Part shown: one piece after another, positions 25,190 through 59,169 of the stretch
Position numbering within the stretch: the first letter of the stretch is position 1
Layout of the letters: each line of letters starts with the position of its first letter
Assembly (NCBI GenBank): GCA_044892525.1
Contig: CM097885.1
Location: forward strand, 234,548,001-234,612,000
From: Schmidtea polychroa
Taxonomy: Eukaryota
Reading direction: 5' to 3'
Length of the DNA stretch: 64,000 bases
Position numbers and translations under genes: made by a program
Notes under the pieces: model-generated
Told to the model about the DNA's origin: nothing
The model's input: the letters and a program-made list of their open reading frames with translations, nothing else
Databases searched by the model: none

Positions 25190-28100
25190 TTTTATTTTTT
25201 CGATAATTTTCAATACTTATCAATTTTCTAACAAAATGGTATATTCTTGATAAATAATCATTTGCTGAATCCGTATTTTCTACGAGGAGTTTAATTTCAA
25301 AATACTAATCATTCAAATAATAATTGCGCTCAATTATATACTTTTTAACATTTGCAAACGGTGAATTTCTATTACGCGTGTTGATAGTATTTACTATATA
25401 TTTCAAATCCAAAGTCGCTTATATTATATATTTAAGCAATTTACAGCTAAAAGTTTAATTACAACTTCTAAAGCATGATTTATAAAATTCATGTTTTAAA
25501 TTAATTAATCTTATATTATATATAAATAAACCATTCTTCATTAATAAATCAAATTCAATTCTGTCTAATGGACAATTAGAATGTCTTTCTAACCAACTTA
25601 TTAAACAATTACTACAATAAGCATGGTTACAACCAGTAGTTATAGTTGAATTTATTTTTTTTTGCGGATATTATTCATGTAAATGTCTTTAAAATATAAT
25701 TGGTCTTCAATAAAAGAAGTAATTATCTTTTGAATAACTAACTATTAGCTGATAGATAGTTTAATTTCTATGATGTTGTATGTAAACGCTACTCATATAT
25801 TCGTTTTACAATATATTTCGACAGTTTTTCTATCATCATCAGATAAAATAGAAAAACTAAAAGAATTTACTAAGTTTCATTCTTAAAAAGAATGAAAAAA
25901 TTATCTTTTCTTCAACACAAATTTTAAGAAAACAAATATCTAATTCCTTTCTATAAAGTGCAAAATATGTCGGCATGAGTCTTTTGTTGAAATTTATTAA
26001 TAGAATTCATTTTATAATAATGATATAGTGCTTCTACCCAATAGACAATTTGGATTTACCAATAACCAAGATAATAAACAACCACTGCAAAACTTATGAT
26101 TGCAAAGATTTATTGTTACGGAATTATGAATATCATTATAATAAATTTTAATGAACAGAAAAATTGGTATCTAACGAATATTGTTCAAGGTTATAAAATC
26201 GATCAGAATGATGTCCTTACTCCAATTTGAAAAATTTCACAATTATTTTAATATATGCTTAATGAATGTTAATAAATGTATTTAATTATATTTGTGTTTG
26301 TCTTTTCTTTCAAATAATAAAAATAATTTGTCAATTTTTAACAAAAAATTACAAAATGAACATTTTATAATTATAAAATACTTTTAATATAATATAATAT
26401 AAATTAAAACATAATATATCTTTTATATAATATTTTAATATCAATTATAAAATAATTTAATAAAAAGATTGACTATGAATCAGTAAATACTTTTTTATTT
26501 ACTGATTCAATGTCAATCTTTTTAATAAATACAATAGTAATGGAAAATAAATCAATAGTGAAATTTGTAAGAAAAGTTCTTATAATATTATAAAATAATT
26601 CAAAATAAATAATGGTTAACTAAATAAATAATGTGTTAACTGAGGATTGACTTTCCAAACTTTTATCATCCGATAGAAGAAAAACAGTTTATAATTTTGA
26701 CTGGCTTTGCAGATCAATTAACTACATTTGTAACATAGCAATTACAGGTGGTGCTTTACTGGGATTAACATTAAAAGGCGACGGTAATATTTCAAAGTAT
26801 GTGCTTTCATTGGATATTGAATCAAATACTTCTACCGATGTTTTGAAAAAATCCAACATAATCGCCATCATTTCTTTGTTTTGATGAGCAAAATTTATTT
26901 AGTTCATCAATAAGTCATGCATAATTATTTCTCAATTGATTTTGAAAAGATGTAATTTAAGGATTACAACTTTCAGCAATCAGCTTATTTTCTCATGGAG
27001 TTTTAAATTCAAATTATTGAGATGGCCAGTCATGTCTACAAGAAAATATAAATCTCAATACTAATTATCATCCGATAGATCGAATAAAATTAATGGTTTA
27101 ATATAAACACACATTAACTGTTCCATTTTTAACACTTGCTTGTACAAACTCTCTTAATGAAATGATGCAATGAAATATGTACAACTGATCAATTTATATA
27201 TTTCACCTTCACATAGTTTTGTATCATTCGCCATACTACGGTCACGATCAGTAGCAATTAAATATGAAGTTGATAGATCTAAATAATTTTCAACAAAACT
27301 ATTTCAAAACGCATAAAATTATAATATTTTCAATATTTTTAAAATTTTAAAATTTGCATAACATATGCATATTATATGACAATACATTATTTGATATGTC
27401 ATAAAACGGAAATTTGTTTCTTTTTTATTCACTATATAGATTCCAATATTATAACAGAATAAGGATTTTAATAATTTTTGAAAATATTTAAAAAATAATA
27501 ATTAAAATGTGCAGAACAAAATACTAAGACTTTATATCATGTTTGAAAAAATCAAACTTTTTATCCATGTTTAAAAATTTGAAAAATAAAATAATGCAAA
27601 TTATGATTAATAATATAAAATCAATTATATAATGTAATTATGCATACAAAAAATTGTCCAGTGAAAATAACTTAAATAATTTAATGGATTCTGATTGGTT
27701 CAGAATGATTTGCAAGTTTCTGTATAAAATAGATGCAAAATAAAAAAATCATTTCTATAAAACGAAATAAAAGTGAGTTAATTTGCTACATACATAATCT
27801 TTCATAACTTTATTTTCTATAAATATATGTTTGAAAGGATGTTATCAAGTTAAGTTTTGATACTATCAGTTTAATTAGGAACCCTTTTAATACAAGTTAT
27901 ACATCACTGAATGTAATATTTAAGGATTACAATTACATATTCATTTAAAATATATATTTCTAATTTAAATTAATATTATGAAACTAATTACTAGGAACCA
28001 ACAACTTTAAAACAAATATTATATAATATACCAGTTGAAAAATTCAAGATATCAATCGAAAAATATTTTTGAAAATATTTTTGGCAATCAATAATCAAAT

Positions 28101-29690
28101 TCAAATAAATGTAAATGTATCATTTATGAATTGTGTAAAGGATAGTATTTGATAAAGTTAATGAAATGAATAAGTGATTAGGATAAAATTCAAAGTTTAA
28201 AAAATTAAATCATTCTATTAAATTCATTTTGAAAAATTACTGAATCAAATAATTATTTTAAATTAAAATTAATTTTATAAAATCTTAAACTTTCTTTAAT
28301 TTATGTAATTATGCAAAGATAATTTTTTTTGAACTCTTATCATTATAAATTAAAAGTCGTATATTTGATTAATTATTTCATTTTTATTTAATTATTTAAT
28401 TTGAAGTTTTTTTAAATTTACTGTTTATCTTTAAAAAATTAAATTTTAAATTTTATTATTTTCCATTTTTTAAATATAAATAAATTAATTTTCAGACAGT
28501 GATTTCAAAATGAAGTGCATTCCGTTATATATGCTCTGAAATGTATGAAATTACAAATTAAAAACGAGTTTTTAAAAGAAAGTTACACATTAAAATTACA
28601 TGATAATTAATACATTCATTTAAGTTAGATTGATACACACAATCCTCTTAAAAACGTAATCTTCTTAAATTACACATTATTTTTTAGGATAATTTTATAA
28701 GAAAGTTCAAAAAAACAGTGCTATAATTCACGAATTAATTAAGTTTTATAAAATACATTACCTTATTTAAAATCTATTCCCTTAATTTACTATTTCAATA
28801 AATATAACTATAATTTCTCAGTCGATATCTTTTCTTAAAAATAAACTACTTATTTTAAATTATTTCCCTAATTTCAAATACTTTTTTTACTTAAATTTGA
28901 TAAATACACATCTTTTTTAATCAGTCCATACAATTATTTTCCAACATAAAATTCCTGATACTTTATTTATCTATAAAAGATTATGCACAAAAATATGTGA
29001 AACTATAATGAAACCTATAGAAGTTATCGAGACTAAAATAATAAGGCTTATTATTATTAAAGCTTATTAATCCAGAAAATTTACTCACAAAAATATTTAA
29101 ATTTTTTTCATTCAGAATTTTAAACTTTTTAAAAATTACATAAACATTTTCATTTAAAAATATTTTTTAGGCTTTTCAATTAAGACATATTACTTAAAAT
29201 ACAGTGATTGAATATTTTTTGAATTATTGTAAACCTAACTTTCGAATAACTTAACTATTAAAAATACAGTTTTAATATGATATTCGATATTATTATTATT
29301 TACAAAATCTTTATAATAATATCAAATACAAAAAAATTCAAAAATTGAATTTTTATTAATATCTTCTAGCTTTATTAATATATTCTGGTCACCTTTTTAC
29401 AATTTCAATAATTTCTTTGAATTTTTATTTAAAGCTTGTAGTAGGTAGAGTATTGACTTACTGTAGAGATTAAAAAATTTTAAATTACTTTTTTAAAAGT
29501 ATGATGAAATAAAATTTAGAATTTAAAAATAACAAAAAAGAATTGTAATTCTTTTTACTTTTGTTATCATGTTAATAAAAATTATTACGGTTTGTTATTG
29601 TTGTTATGTAATTGTTTTGTTTTTTATTGTAATAAAATTATAATAAAGTCATAATATATTACCTACACAACATTCGCGCCAGCTGTCCAG

Positions 29691-29930
29691 NNNNNNNNNN
29701 NNNNNNNNNNNNNNNNNNNNNNNNNNNNNNNNNNNNNNNNNNNNNNNNNNNNNNNNNNNNNNNNNNNNNNNNNNNNNNNNNNNNNNNNNNNNNNNNNNNN
29801 NNNNNNNNNNNNNNNNNNNNNNNNNNNNNNNNNNNNNNNNNNNNNNNNNNNNNNNNNNNNNNNNNNNNNNNNNNNNNNNNNNNNNNNNNNNNNNNNNNNN
29901 NNNNNNNNNNNNNNNNNNNNNNNNNNNNNN
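29691..29930. other. Assembly gap (240 N)
   Basis: Run of N. Confidence 1.
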
Positions 29931-30486
29931 ACACACATATATCAAGCTCGTACAATCTATGAATATGGGAAAAATATTTTCATAAAAAATATGGTTTAAA
30001 TTAAGTTCAAAATTGAAAAACTAAAAAGAAAAAAATGAATATTACAAATAGCTCGGCATATAACATGAAATAATTATAAAATAAAAAGTAACCATTTTGA
30101 AAATAATATTCAATCAATATAATTCAACAGCTCAATTGTTATCAAATGTACTAGACTAATTTAAAATATATTGCAAAAAATGGTGTTCATTTATTTATAT
30201 GAAAAAATACCATTGTTATTAAATAGTTTATCAAAATTATATTATAACAGTAAGATTTAATTGTCAAAAAAATTGTAAATGATAAAATATAATTGGCTGC
30301 AAATAAAATTCTTAATCATTAAAACAATGTTTGATGAACCATGGAAATATACAAAATATTATTAATAAGAATTAAAATTTTATAAGAAATTAAATTGATA
30401 TATTAATGTGTATATACTTGTTAAATAACTGTATTATTCATATTTTGCACAAATGCTGAAACAATTTGATAATGAAAATCACTAAC

Positions 30487-50355
<19,869 letters not shown>

Positions 50356-50888
50356 TGAAATTAAATAAAATTATAAGTACTGTAATTAAAAATATTTTTT
50401 ATATGTGTGCTGGGGTGTGATAAAATTGAATTAATGATAAAGTATATTTAAACAAAACAAAATTTAAGAATTTAGAGACTATTTGTCAAAATGAAATTAA
50501 AGAAAATATTTCTAAAACAGTTTTGTTTTTGTATTATTTCAAGATGTGCGTATATATTTTGTATCTAAATTTAAATTAATATTGTTATGATGTAAATTTT
50601 ATTAATGATAAGATATAATCTCAAAAGGTAATTTCTTGCTTGCTAGTGTTATTCGTAATTCTTGCAATGATAGTGTTTTACTGCAAGTATTTAACTTTGT
50701 CGTTTTACTTCTTTAAACAGGAGAATTCTGTAGCAAATCCTAATATACTCGTCTTGAATAGGTTCGATGGACAAACTGGGTATCATTTTTGTTAATATCC
50801 ATGATTATTTAATCGAAACATTGCTGTGGCTCTAGTTATGATGGCGTTCAGTGTTAATTTAATTTCGGTTGTTAGGGTTACAGAACAC

Positions 50889-51143
50889 CAGTGGCGTAAC
50901 TAGTGGACACAGGACCTTGCGTTGCGGGGGCCACCAGCTATAGGGGAGCCAAAATGATTACTATAAAAATATTTACAATCATTTTCTGAAACTTTTTTCA
51001 AGCAGTTATATTTGCCTACAAACATAAAACTATCATTGTATAGCGGCTGTTGTGAATAACTATGTATTAAACTTTACCCGAAAAATTTAAGTGGAAATAT
51101 TTTACATTGCGCGGGGGGCCCAAATTTTGAAGTTCCGCCACTG
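50889..51143. mobile_element. hAT-type MITE (255 bp)
   Basis: TIRs CAGTGGCGTAACT / AGTTCCGCCACTG; 8-bp TSD CAGAACAC (50881-50888, 51144-51151). A lone related end starts at 37121. Confidence 0.92.
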
Positions 51144-51545
51144 CAGAACACCAAATTGCTATTAAATTATTATTATCAAATATTATACATATGGTAACTT
51201 CCCTTGGCAACATTCTTGGAACTGTATATTTCTTGAAAATAATGAGCAGGTGAGCTTTTTAAACAAAATTATTACTTACCATTTATAGATCTCAATACGG
51301 CGACCACTCCTTTATCAGTTCCTATACACCAAGCGGATCAACTTGGTTTCCCCTTAGATATGTCCACCATCTTGCATTCAGTGCGACCAAACAGAGCATA
51401 CTACATCCCATTCAGTCGAACCGCAGCACCTCAAATAACAAACAGACAAACAAAGTGCAATTTCATTGAAAACTATTATTGTATTTATATCAACATTTCA
51501 AAAAAAGAACCAATACAATTTTCTACATATAATATAATAAACTCT

Positions 51546-52265
51546 TTAATTTCTTTTTATATTTGGCTCCAGATTTTCGTCGAATCCTTTCAGAATAAAT
51601 TCTCTAGTGCTTCTGTCGCATTTATTAACAAGCATTGTAATTGTCGCAAGCTTCCTTGATAGATTCAGATTCTCATTTCTCACTTCAAATAGATCATCTT
51701 TCAACTTAGTCATCATTTTTATTTTCTGTTTATAATTTGCATGTCCGCATGAAGTGATCAATTCATCATTTTGCTGGGAACATAAAATAAGTAAACTAAT
51801 GGATTTTTCTGTAACAATTACCAATATTACTTCTTTTAATGCTTGGCGCTGTCCATTTGCCTCGGTTAAGTTCTTTGACAACTCATAGATGTAGTTATCT
51901 TTCACGCAAATTCTATAGATATATATTACTTGTTAATCATATAAACTAGAAGAGCATAGAAAACAACTCGTCATTTTTGTGCCGAGAAAACAATCTGTAA
52001 TCTTCTATGTCTTTTTTATAAGATATAATCGCAGCTTCTAAACTTTTAATGTTATCCGAAAAATTGCTCCTTTTATAATAAAGGTTAGATTATAAATATA
52101 TATTTATTGGGGAATTTAAATTTACTCTATAGATATTTCCGTTAAATTGAAAATGTTTTCAAGCATCGACTGAAATAAAAAGGAATGGCTCCATCAATTT
52201 ATAATATTTAATAGTATTAACAATAATAAATAATAAAAATAATAATGATGATTAATAATAATAAT

Positions 52266-52320
<55 letters not shown>

Positions 52321-52358
52321 TAATAATAATAATAATAATAAAGAATAATAATAATAAA

Positions 52359-52445
<87 letters not shown>

Positions 52446-52586
52446 ATAATATTAATAAAGAATAATAAAAATAATAATGATAATAATAATAATATTAATA
52501 AAGAATAATAAAAATAATAATGATGATTAATAATAATAATATTAATAATAATAAATAATAAAAACAATAATGATAATAATATTAAA

Positions 52587-52662
<76 letters not shown>

Positions 52663-52752
52663 TTAATAATAATAAATAATAATAATAAATAATAATATTA
52701 ATAAAGAATAATAAAAATAATAATGATGATTAATAATAATAATAATAATGTA

Positions 52753-52831
<79 letters not shown>

Positions 52832-55800
52832 TAATTATAATTATTATTATTATTACAAATACTGAAAATGAAAAAAATATTAAAATTAATAATTATAATA
52901 ACAGATAATAAATATTAATTTTATATTTATTAATAAAAACAATAAAAATAAAAAAATAAACAATAATAATAATAAATATGAATTTCAAATTTATTATTAA
53001 AAACAATAATACATTTTATAATAATTAATAAGGTAATAATAGATAATAATCAAAATAATAAAATAACAATACTGTTACTTACTTTAATTTCAGCATATTT
53101 TCCCTTTTCTCTTTGTAGTTCCTTTTCAAGTTGTTCACTAGTTGTCAATAATTCCTCTAGAAGTGAATTTCGTTCATTCCGATTTAAATTCTTTTTGTTA
53201 ATGGGACTCATCGCTCTTGTTGGTATTGGCATCATAGCATTTTGATTAGATTTGAAATTTTCCAATTCCTTAATAGTTTCATTCAATTCTGATTGCAATT
53301 TGCTAAACTCAATACGATAAGTCTCATTGAGCCCATCACTTATTTCACATTTTGCCATCAATTCCGTGATCTATAGAGATTATATTATACAATTGCCATT
53401 GAGAGGAAAATAAATTACTCTGTTATTATATTTCAAATTGATTTCATCCATTTTCTTATGATGCGAACTATTCAATGTTTCTTTACTACCTTTCAATTCT
53501 TCTATTTCGTTTTGAGCATTAATTAATCGTTTTTCTAAATCGAAAATCTGATCAACATATTCTGATTCGCTAGCCTAAAATTCCCGATATAAAAAGTTAT
53601 GATGGGAAAACAAAATAAAAAGATGCTAAACTTTAAGTTCCGAAATCAATTCATTGCTCTCCGACAGCTCTTCAATCAATTTGAACATTTCCTACAAATC
53701 GAAACCAAGAATTAAGCTGCTCATCGAACAAGAACAATATCCCTACTTCACTGTTGCATTTCATATCGTCATCCAAATCTTCCTTGGTTATTACTGAAAA
53801 GCTTTGCTGAGATGAAGTTGAAACTGGACTCCGTAAAAATTCCCTCTCCAATAAATCCAATGAACTCTTAACGACTTCCAATTCATCTTTATAATAATCC
53901 TTTTCCAATAAAGCATCTTCCAGCTCCGATTTCAACTCAGACACCTGAATGCAATTATATCGACATGAATTCACATTTGATCACTATTCAAATCGTTATA
54001 TACTTTTTCATTTAAATTATTGGATAATTTTTCTTTTTCTCCATTGATTTCTTTTAACTGAGTTTCTAATTTCTTTATCAAGTCGCGACTTTCTCGCAAT
54101 TCAAAATCAATACCATTATACTTTTCTTTCAGTGCTATATTTGGAAAATAAGTATAAAATAGATGTGTTACAGTGATTATACCGTTGAGATTACATTCCA
54201 ATGCTTCCTGGTCTTTGAGAGAAATTTTCAATTCGTTAATGTCCTTATAATAATGTCAGTAAATGTTTAGATAAAAGGAAAACTATAAATTAACTTTTAA
54301 ATGCTCCTTAACATTATATTCCAATAGACCAATCGTTTTTTGGTATAAGTTATTTTTCGTTTGTGCTTCTTTTAAATCATTATTTAACATTTCAATTTCC
54401 TGCAATTTATAAATAGTTTACAGTGGGAATAGCAATAGAAATCTACAGATTCTGGCACGGATTTAAATTCATCAAACGAATCGCTCGTTTCACTGAGATC
54501 CGGTAAATCATTGGGTTTATTAGTATTATTATTATTATTTCTTAGGCCACGTTTCATATATTTCGATGATTTCAATGGATATGAAGGTTTGGATTTGATG
54601 TAATTGAATAGTGTTTGCCGGCGTCGGCTAGCGATATTTTCTTTTTCAATATCATAGTTTTTCAACATTGATTTCATTGAGGCAACTTCCGATTCTAATT
54701 GTCGACGTTCGTCTTTGTAGCTCATTTTAAGTGACATGAATTTCTTGTGCAACTGTTGAAATATATTATTCATTTATCGTTCAATCGCAATTAAAATTGT
54801 ATAAGCAATTGAAACAGATATTAATTATAAAATACAAATAATTGGCTATCAGTTGCTTTCAGACAATCGCGACCTCATTAGTATGGTTGCCAAGGGAATA
54901 ATAATGTTCAGGTCAAGCGTAGTATCGAAACCCATGGAACACTAATGGGAACCTTCGACAAAAAACGTTTGAGAATCTTTTTATTTAATGTTTAAAAATA
55001 ATCAATATTAATTTCTTTGAATTATTAAGGAATCCATGGAAACCTTTATATGATTGTTCCATTGGTTATCAATGACTATTAAACAATCGCGACCTCATTA
55101 GTATGGTTGCCAAGGGAATAATAATGTTCAGGTCAAGAGTAATACCAAAAATCTGTGAAACACCAAGGGGAACCTTGGACTAAAAAAAACGATTCATAAT
55201 CCTTGTTTTAAATATTTTTTTAAATCAATATTAATTGCCCTGATCCCTGATTTTGATAGAGTTCATATATTTACCTGGCTTATTGTACTATTGGCTTCTG
55301 TTAATTCTTCCTGGAGCTTTGATATTTCTAATTGGTTCGGGGTCGGAAATAAGGCTTGATTACTTAACTCGCCAGCTAAACAGAACATTATCGATTATTG
55401 TGACTAAATATATAATTGTTATAATTATCACATTCTATAATGTCATTGAATTCCTTATAGAGAGAAGAAACTATAGACGCCTCTGGCATGGTTAGAGATG
55501 AGATAGATCTCATTTCATGGAGTTCCAGCCGAAGGCTGCTGATTTCCGATTGGTAGGAGTCCATTTTGACCCGGTCTGTGTTAATGGTCACTTCATTTTG
55601 CAGCTTGGATAGTAAGTTATCCAGTAAATCTTTAACGTTCTCTTCCTGCATAGTTTTAGATGAGAACTATTTCACACAATATCCCAATAATTCTTACAGT
55701 TGTAGGAGTTCCGAGGAGGAATTGAAATCTCATATCTTTGATGTGAGATTCGTCTTTTAAATTATCTATAATCGCTTCCAACTTTCTCTGGGACTCTTCG

Positions 55801-58800
55801 GTTAGAACTAACCGTTCTTTCAAATGGCACATTTCAACAATTAATTTCCTCCTCAACAACATAGCTTGCAAGAACCTTTTCTTCCAAATCGAGTCGGCGT
55901 TGTCTGTAGGAAATGGTTTGTTTATAAATTATCAATATCGAAACTCAAACAAAATCCATTACAATCTTGCGGTTGAATTGCAAGGAATACTCCTTTATTT
56001 TGGAGTAGTTTCCGTAGATGCAACACTTCATTCTGTAGCGATTGCACATTTCCTATAACATCGATATTGACTCGGGCTTTGTTTTTAATCATCTTGACAT
56101 GATTAGCAAATTGAAGAGTTGACAAAGTTTCACTTGCATAATTGATATCTGGATGCACGCATGCAATTAGAACGGTTTTAGAATTTCCACCAATCGAATC
56201 CTGCTTTGAAAGATAATTTATTTATTTTTATCATTAATTTTGACTTTGAGCAATTGCGTCAATTTAGACTCTCTATATCGAATATATCGCTCCTTTCCAT
56301 TGGCTATGTCAACGTAGGCACTGATTACTTGACCGAGAACGTGTAAAGATCTATTTATAGATCCAGCTTCCTGATTTTGAACCGGTAATAATATTGACCG
56401 TATTAATAATGTAAACCTTTAATCGAGTCCCGTCAGCTTTTGTGTTTTTTTGTCTTTCACTGCCAGCTAAATCAACCAAATGCAACAAACTTTTACGGAT
56501 ATTTTCAATATCTCCGTCCTTAGTACGAGATTCAAGAATTATTGAGAATACCGCGTGACTTCTAGAACTTTTGCGATTCATAGTTGTACTTGCTACGTGT
56601 CGATTGGACAAGCCACGATTCAAAATCTAATTTCTATAAATGTATACAAAATATAAAAATAGATTACATCTAGTGCGTCACGAGTATTTCCTATTATTTT
56701 CTCAGTTAACTGGTCAACGTAGACCCCTTGAGTAAAATTCACTTTTAGATAAACTCGCTGGCCTTTGGTGTCTAATAAATCGAACAACTGTTCATTATAT
56801 ATTTCCACAAAAGAACACTTGACTAAATATTCAATATTTTCCTAAGGTAAAAGTAATATTATAAATATCAAATTAAATTATTATTTCCAAAGAAAAAATT
56901 AAATGTTTTATTTATAAATGAATTTCATTTTGTGTCTAAATTCACGCGATTTCTAATTCGCAAGTAGTTTTATCAATAAGAAATTTTAGTAATTAATATA
57001 TTTACGGTTCTGTAGCTACTCTGAGGATTCACTAAGGACTCTGTCATCATCATGAGTTATATTTATATTTATAGAGAAAAGATTGGCAAATTATCAAACA
57101 AAAAATTTGATTTGTATTCCTCTATAATTATATATTTGTTTCAGTAGGCTGTTCACTGAGAACATTAATTAAATGTAAACAAGAAAAGATTTACCCTCCT
57201 ATCTTAGATAAACATTTATTCAAAAATATCATGCCACTTATTTTAAATAGAGCTATATTGAAATGCTATCCCATTTATTATATTTACCTTTCTGTAATAA
57301 TTTTGAAATTGATTATTGTATTCTTAACCACTTGCGCTATGATTTAATTTTCAGTAGCTGAGCCGCGCTCTACTATATAAAGTATCGTTTTTTAGCATTA
57401 TAATAAAATAAAAACTGCTAACTGCAAACCACAAGCATTTCCTTGTAAAAAATCAGTACAACATACCTTATCGATTTAGAAATATTCCTTATATCGATAA
57501 TTCTACGCGATGTGAACTAATTTTATAATTGCAGTTCGAATACGACAAAATAATTGCGACAAATACTATCGACGTGGTATACACGTCACTTGCAGTTCTG
57601 AAAAAAATCATCAAGACGTGCCTGGCACGTCAATATAGCGCAAGTGGTTAAATATGTGGATACATTCATTTAATCAAGTCAATTTGATGGAATTAATCAC
57701 CCAGCAAATCACTTTTCTAACTCGCTGTAAACTTTGTTAATCCTTTACCTGGCCAATCATGTTTCACTTATTAGTTTTCAAAGCTTGTGTATATAAGCGA
57801 TATACGGGACAAGCACAGGGTTAATGGAATACAATTTAAAAGTTAACTCGTAGCATGAGGAGTTCTTAGGCGTGGATATAGGGACAAGTAAAAGATGCTA
57901 GAAAGTTGTAAACAATAATATATTAGTAATTGAACAAACAAAGCAAAATTTCTTTGCAACTTAATAAAGAAGTCGTGAATCTTTATATCATGTTACATAA
58001 TCAATATTTCTTCAATGTTTACGAAGCGTAAAAATTAACGTCTAATAAATTAATGATAATTTGCAAAAACAGAAATTTGATTTCACTTAAAACTTGATTT
58101 TCTACTTTGTTGGTATTTTTTCGGTTCATATAAAATAAATTTCTAATCAATTAAATATTTACTAATTAAATTAGATCCGGACATAACAAAACTATAATAT
58201 AAATAAAATTATAATTATAAAATTAATTATATTTGAATTACTGAAACTTGAAATTCAATTCAATTTAATTTTTTGACGTTAAAATTCTTTAAATTAAAAT
58301 TTAGTAATGTCATACTTGTTCATTATTTTCGTTGATTTTGTCAAATAAAAATTTCAGGCCATTGTGTACTAATCCTTTTTCACTTTCAACATTTGATTCA
58401 TTTTTGTCTCCTGTCATAGTATATGTTTTGCCACTACTAGTTTGGCCACTAAATAACATTATTAAAATTTTTATTATCAGATAAAAATTATCATTTACTA
58501 TGCAAAAATAGTGCAATTGTAACCAGAAAAAAAAGAATCAAATAATTCTTTGCATGATTGAAAAATGTCATCCTAAATTTAAATTATAATTATTTACTAA
58601 AAATAAAATATATAAAACTTGAGATGTTGTTTCATCAGAAACTTTGTCAAAAGTATAAATTTTAGCTTCGGATTCAGATGGAATTATAATAGAATTTGAT
58701 TCTTTATATTTAGATAAGTAATTTTTTGCTTCTGACACCAAATTCGGTCTAATGCGAACAATAACTTTAATATTTTCTTCGGTTGTCCTAAAATATCAAT

Positions 58801-58833
58801 TAAAATATTTTAAAACATTAACTATGCATACAT
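51546..58833 (-). CDS. KIF15: Kinesin-12 family motor protein KIF15 (KLP2) orthologue, multi-exon
   Basis: Exons 58833-58832, 58787-58619 ([10 protein letters not shown]), 58572-58499 (GYNCTIFAY), 58448-58316 (GQTSSGKT), 56841-56668 (EIYNEQ), 56626-56417 ([14 protein letters not shown]), 56370-56245, from 56200 ([22 protein letters not shown]). Coiled-coil exons span 55.9-52.0 kb. C-terminal GHANYKQKI resembles the KIF15/HMMR GHQN..QKI motif. Stop at 51546. Stalk exon boundaries were not all resolved. Confidence 0.93.
54863..55250. repeat. ~220-bp direct duplication inside a KIF15 intron
   Basis: ACAATCGCGACCTCATTAGTATGGTTGCCAAGGGAATAATAATGTTCAGGTCAAG identical at 54863 and 55083, then diverging. 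Confidence 0.9.
57328..57647. mobile_element. piggyBac-type MITE (320 bp)
   Basis: TTAA|CCACTTGCGCTAT ... ATAGCGCAAGTGG|TTAA; subterminal palindromes GACGTGCCTGGCACGTC and GACGTGGTATACACGTC. Confidence 0.92.
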
Positions 58834-59169
58834 GTTTTAGTATAAGTTGGATTAAAATATATTAATTTGAAGTACAATGTTTCAATTAAGTTTTTAAACA
58901 AAAGATTATTTTAAAAATATGAAGTTAATTTTTTAATTATTTAATTTATTGAATAAATTTTATTTATTTTATTTATTCAATTTATTTAATTATTTAATTT
59001 ATTTAATTATTTAATTTAGAATTCAATTAAATATTTAATATTAACTGAGCTGTCATAAACTGTCATTTTAAAATTGTACTCAGTACATTTATGGGGTGAT
59101 GATATGTTAATTTTATGAGAGTTGTCTAAATGTCATCCTTTATTTACGATGTGTCATCTATTCGATTTT

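Larger units (their letters stand above)
1..29690. repeat. Tandem array of a ~8.44 kb unit (3 full copies plus 1 partial: 1-8440, 8441-16932, 16933-26285, 26286-29690)
   Basis: TTATATTTGTGTTTGTCTTT recurs at 1, 8441, 16933 and 26286. Units are collinear and differ by a few SNPs/indels, VNTR copy number, a 324-bp swap (unit 2) and a ~916-bp duplication (unit 3). The array probably extends left of the window. Confidence 0.98.

Noticed and set aside
29649..29955. Three ORFs across the N run
   Set aside because: Artefacts of the assembly gap.
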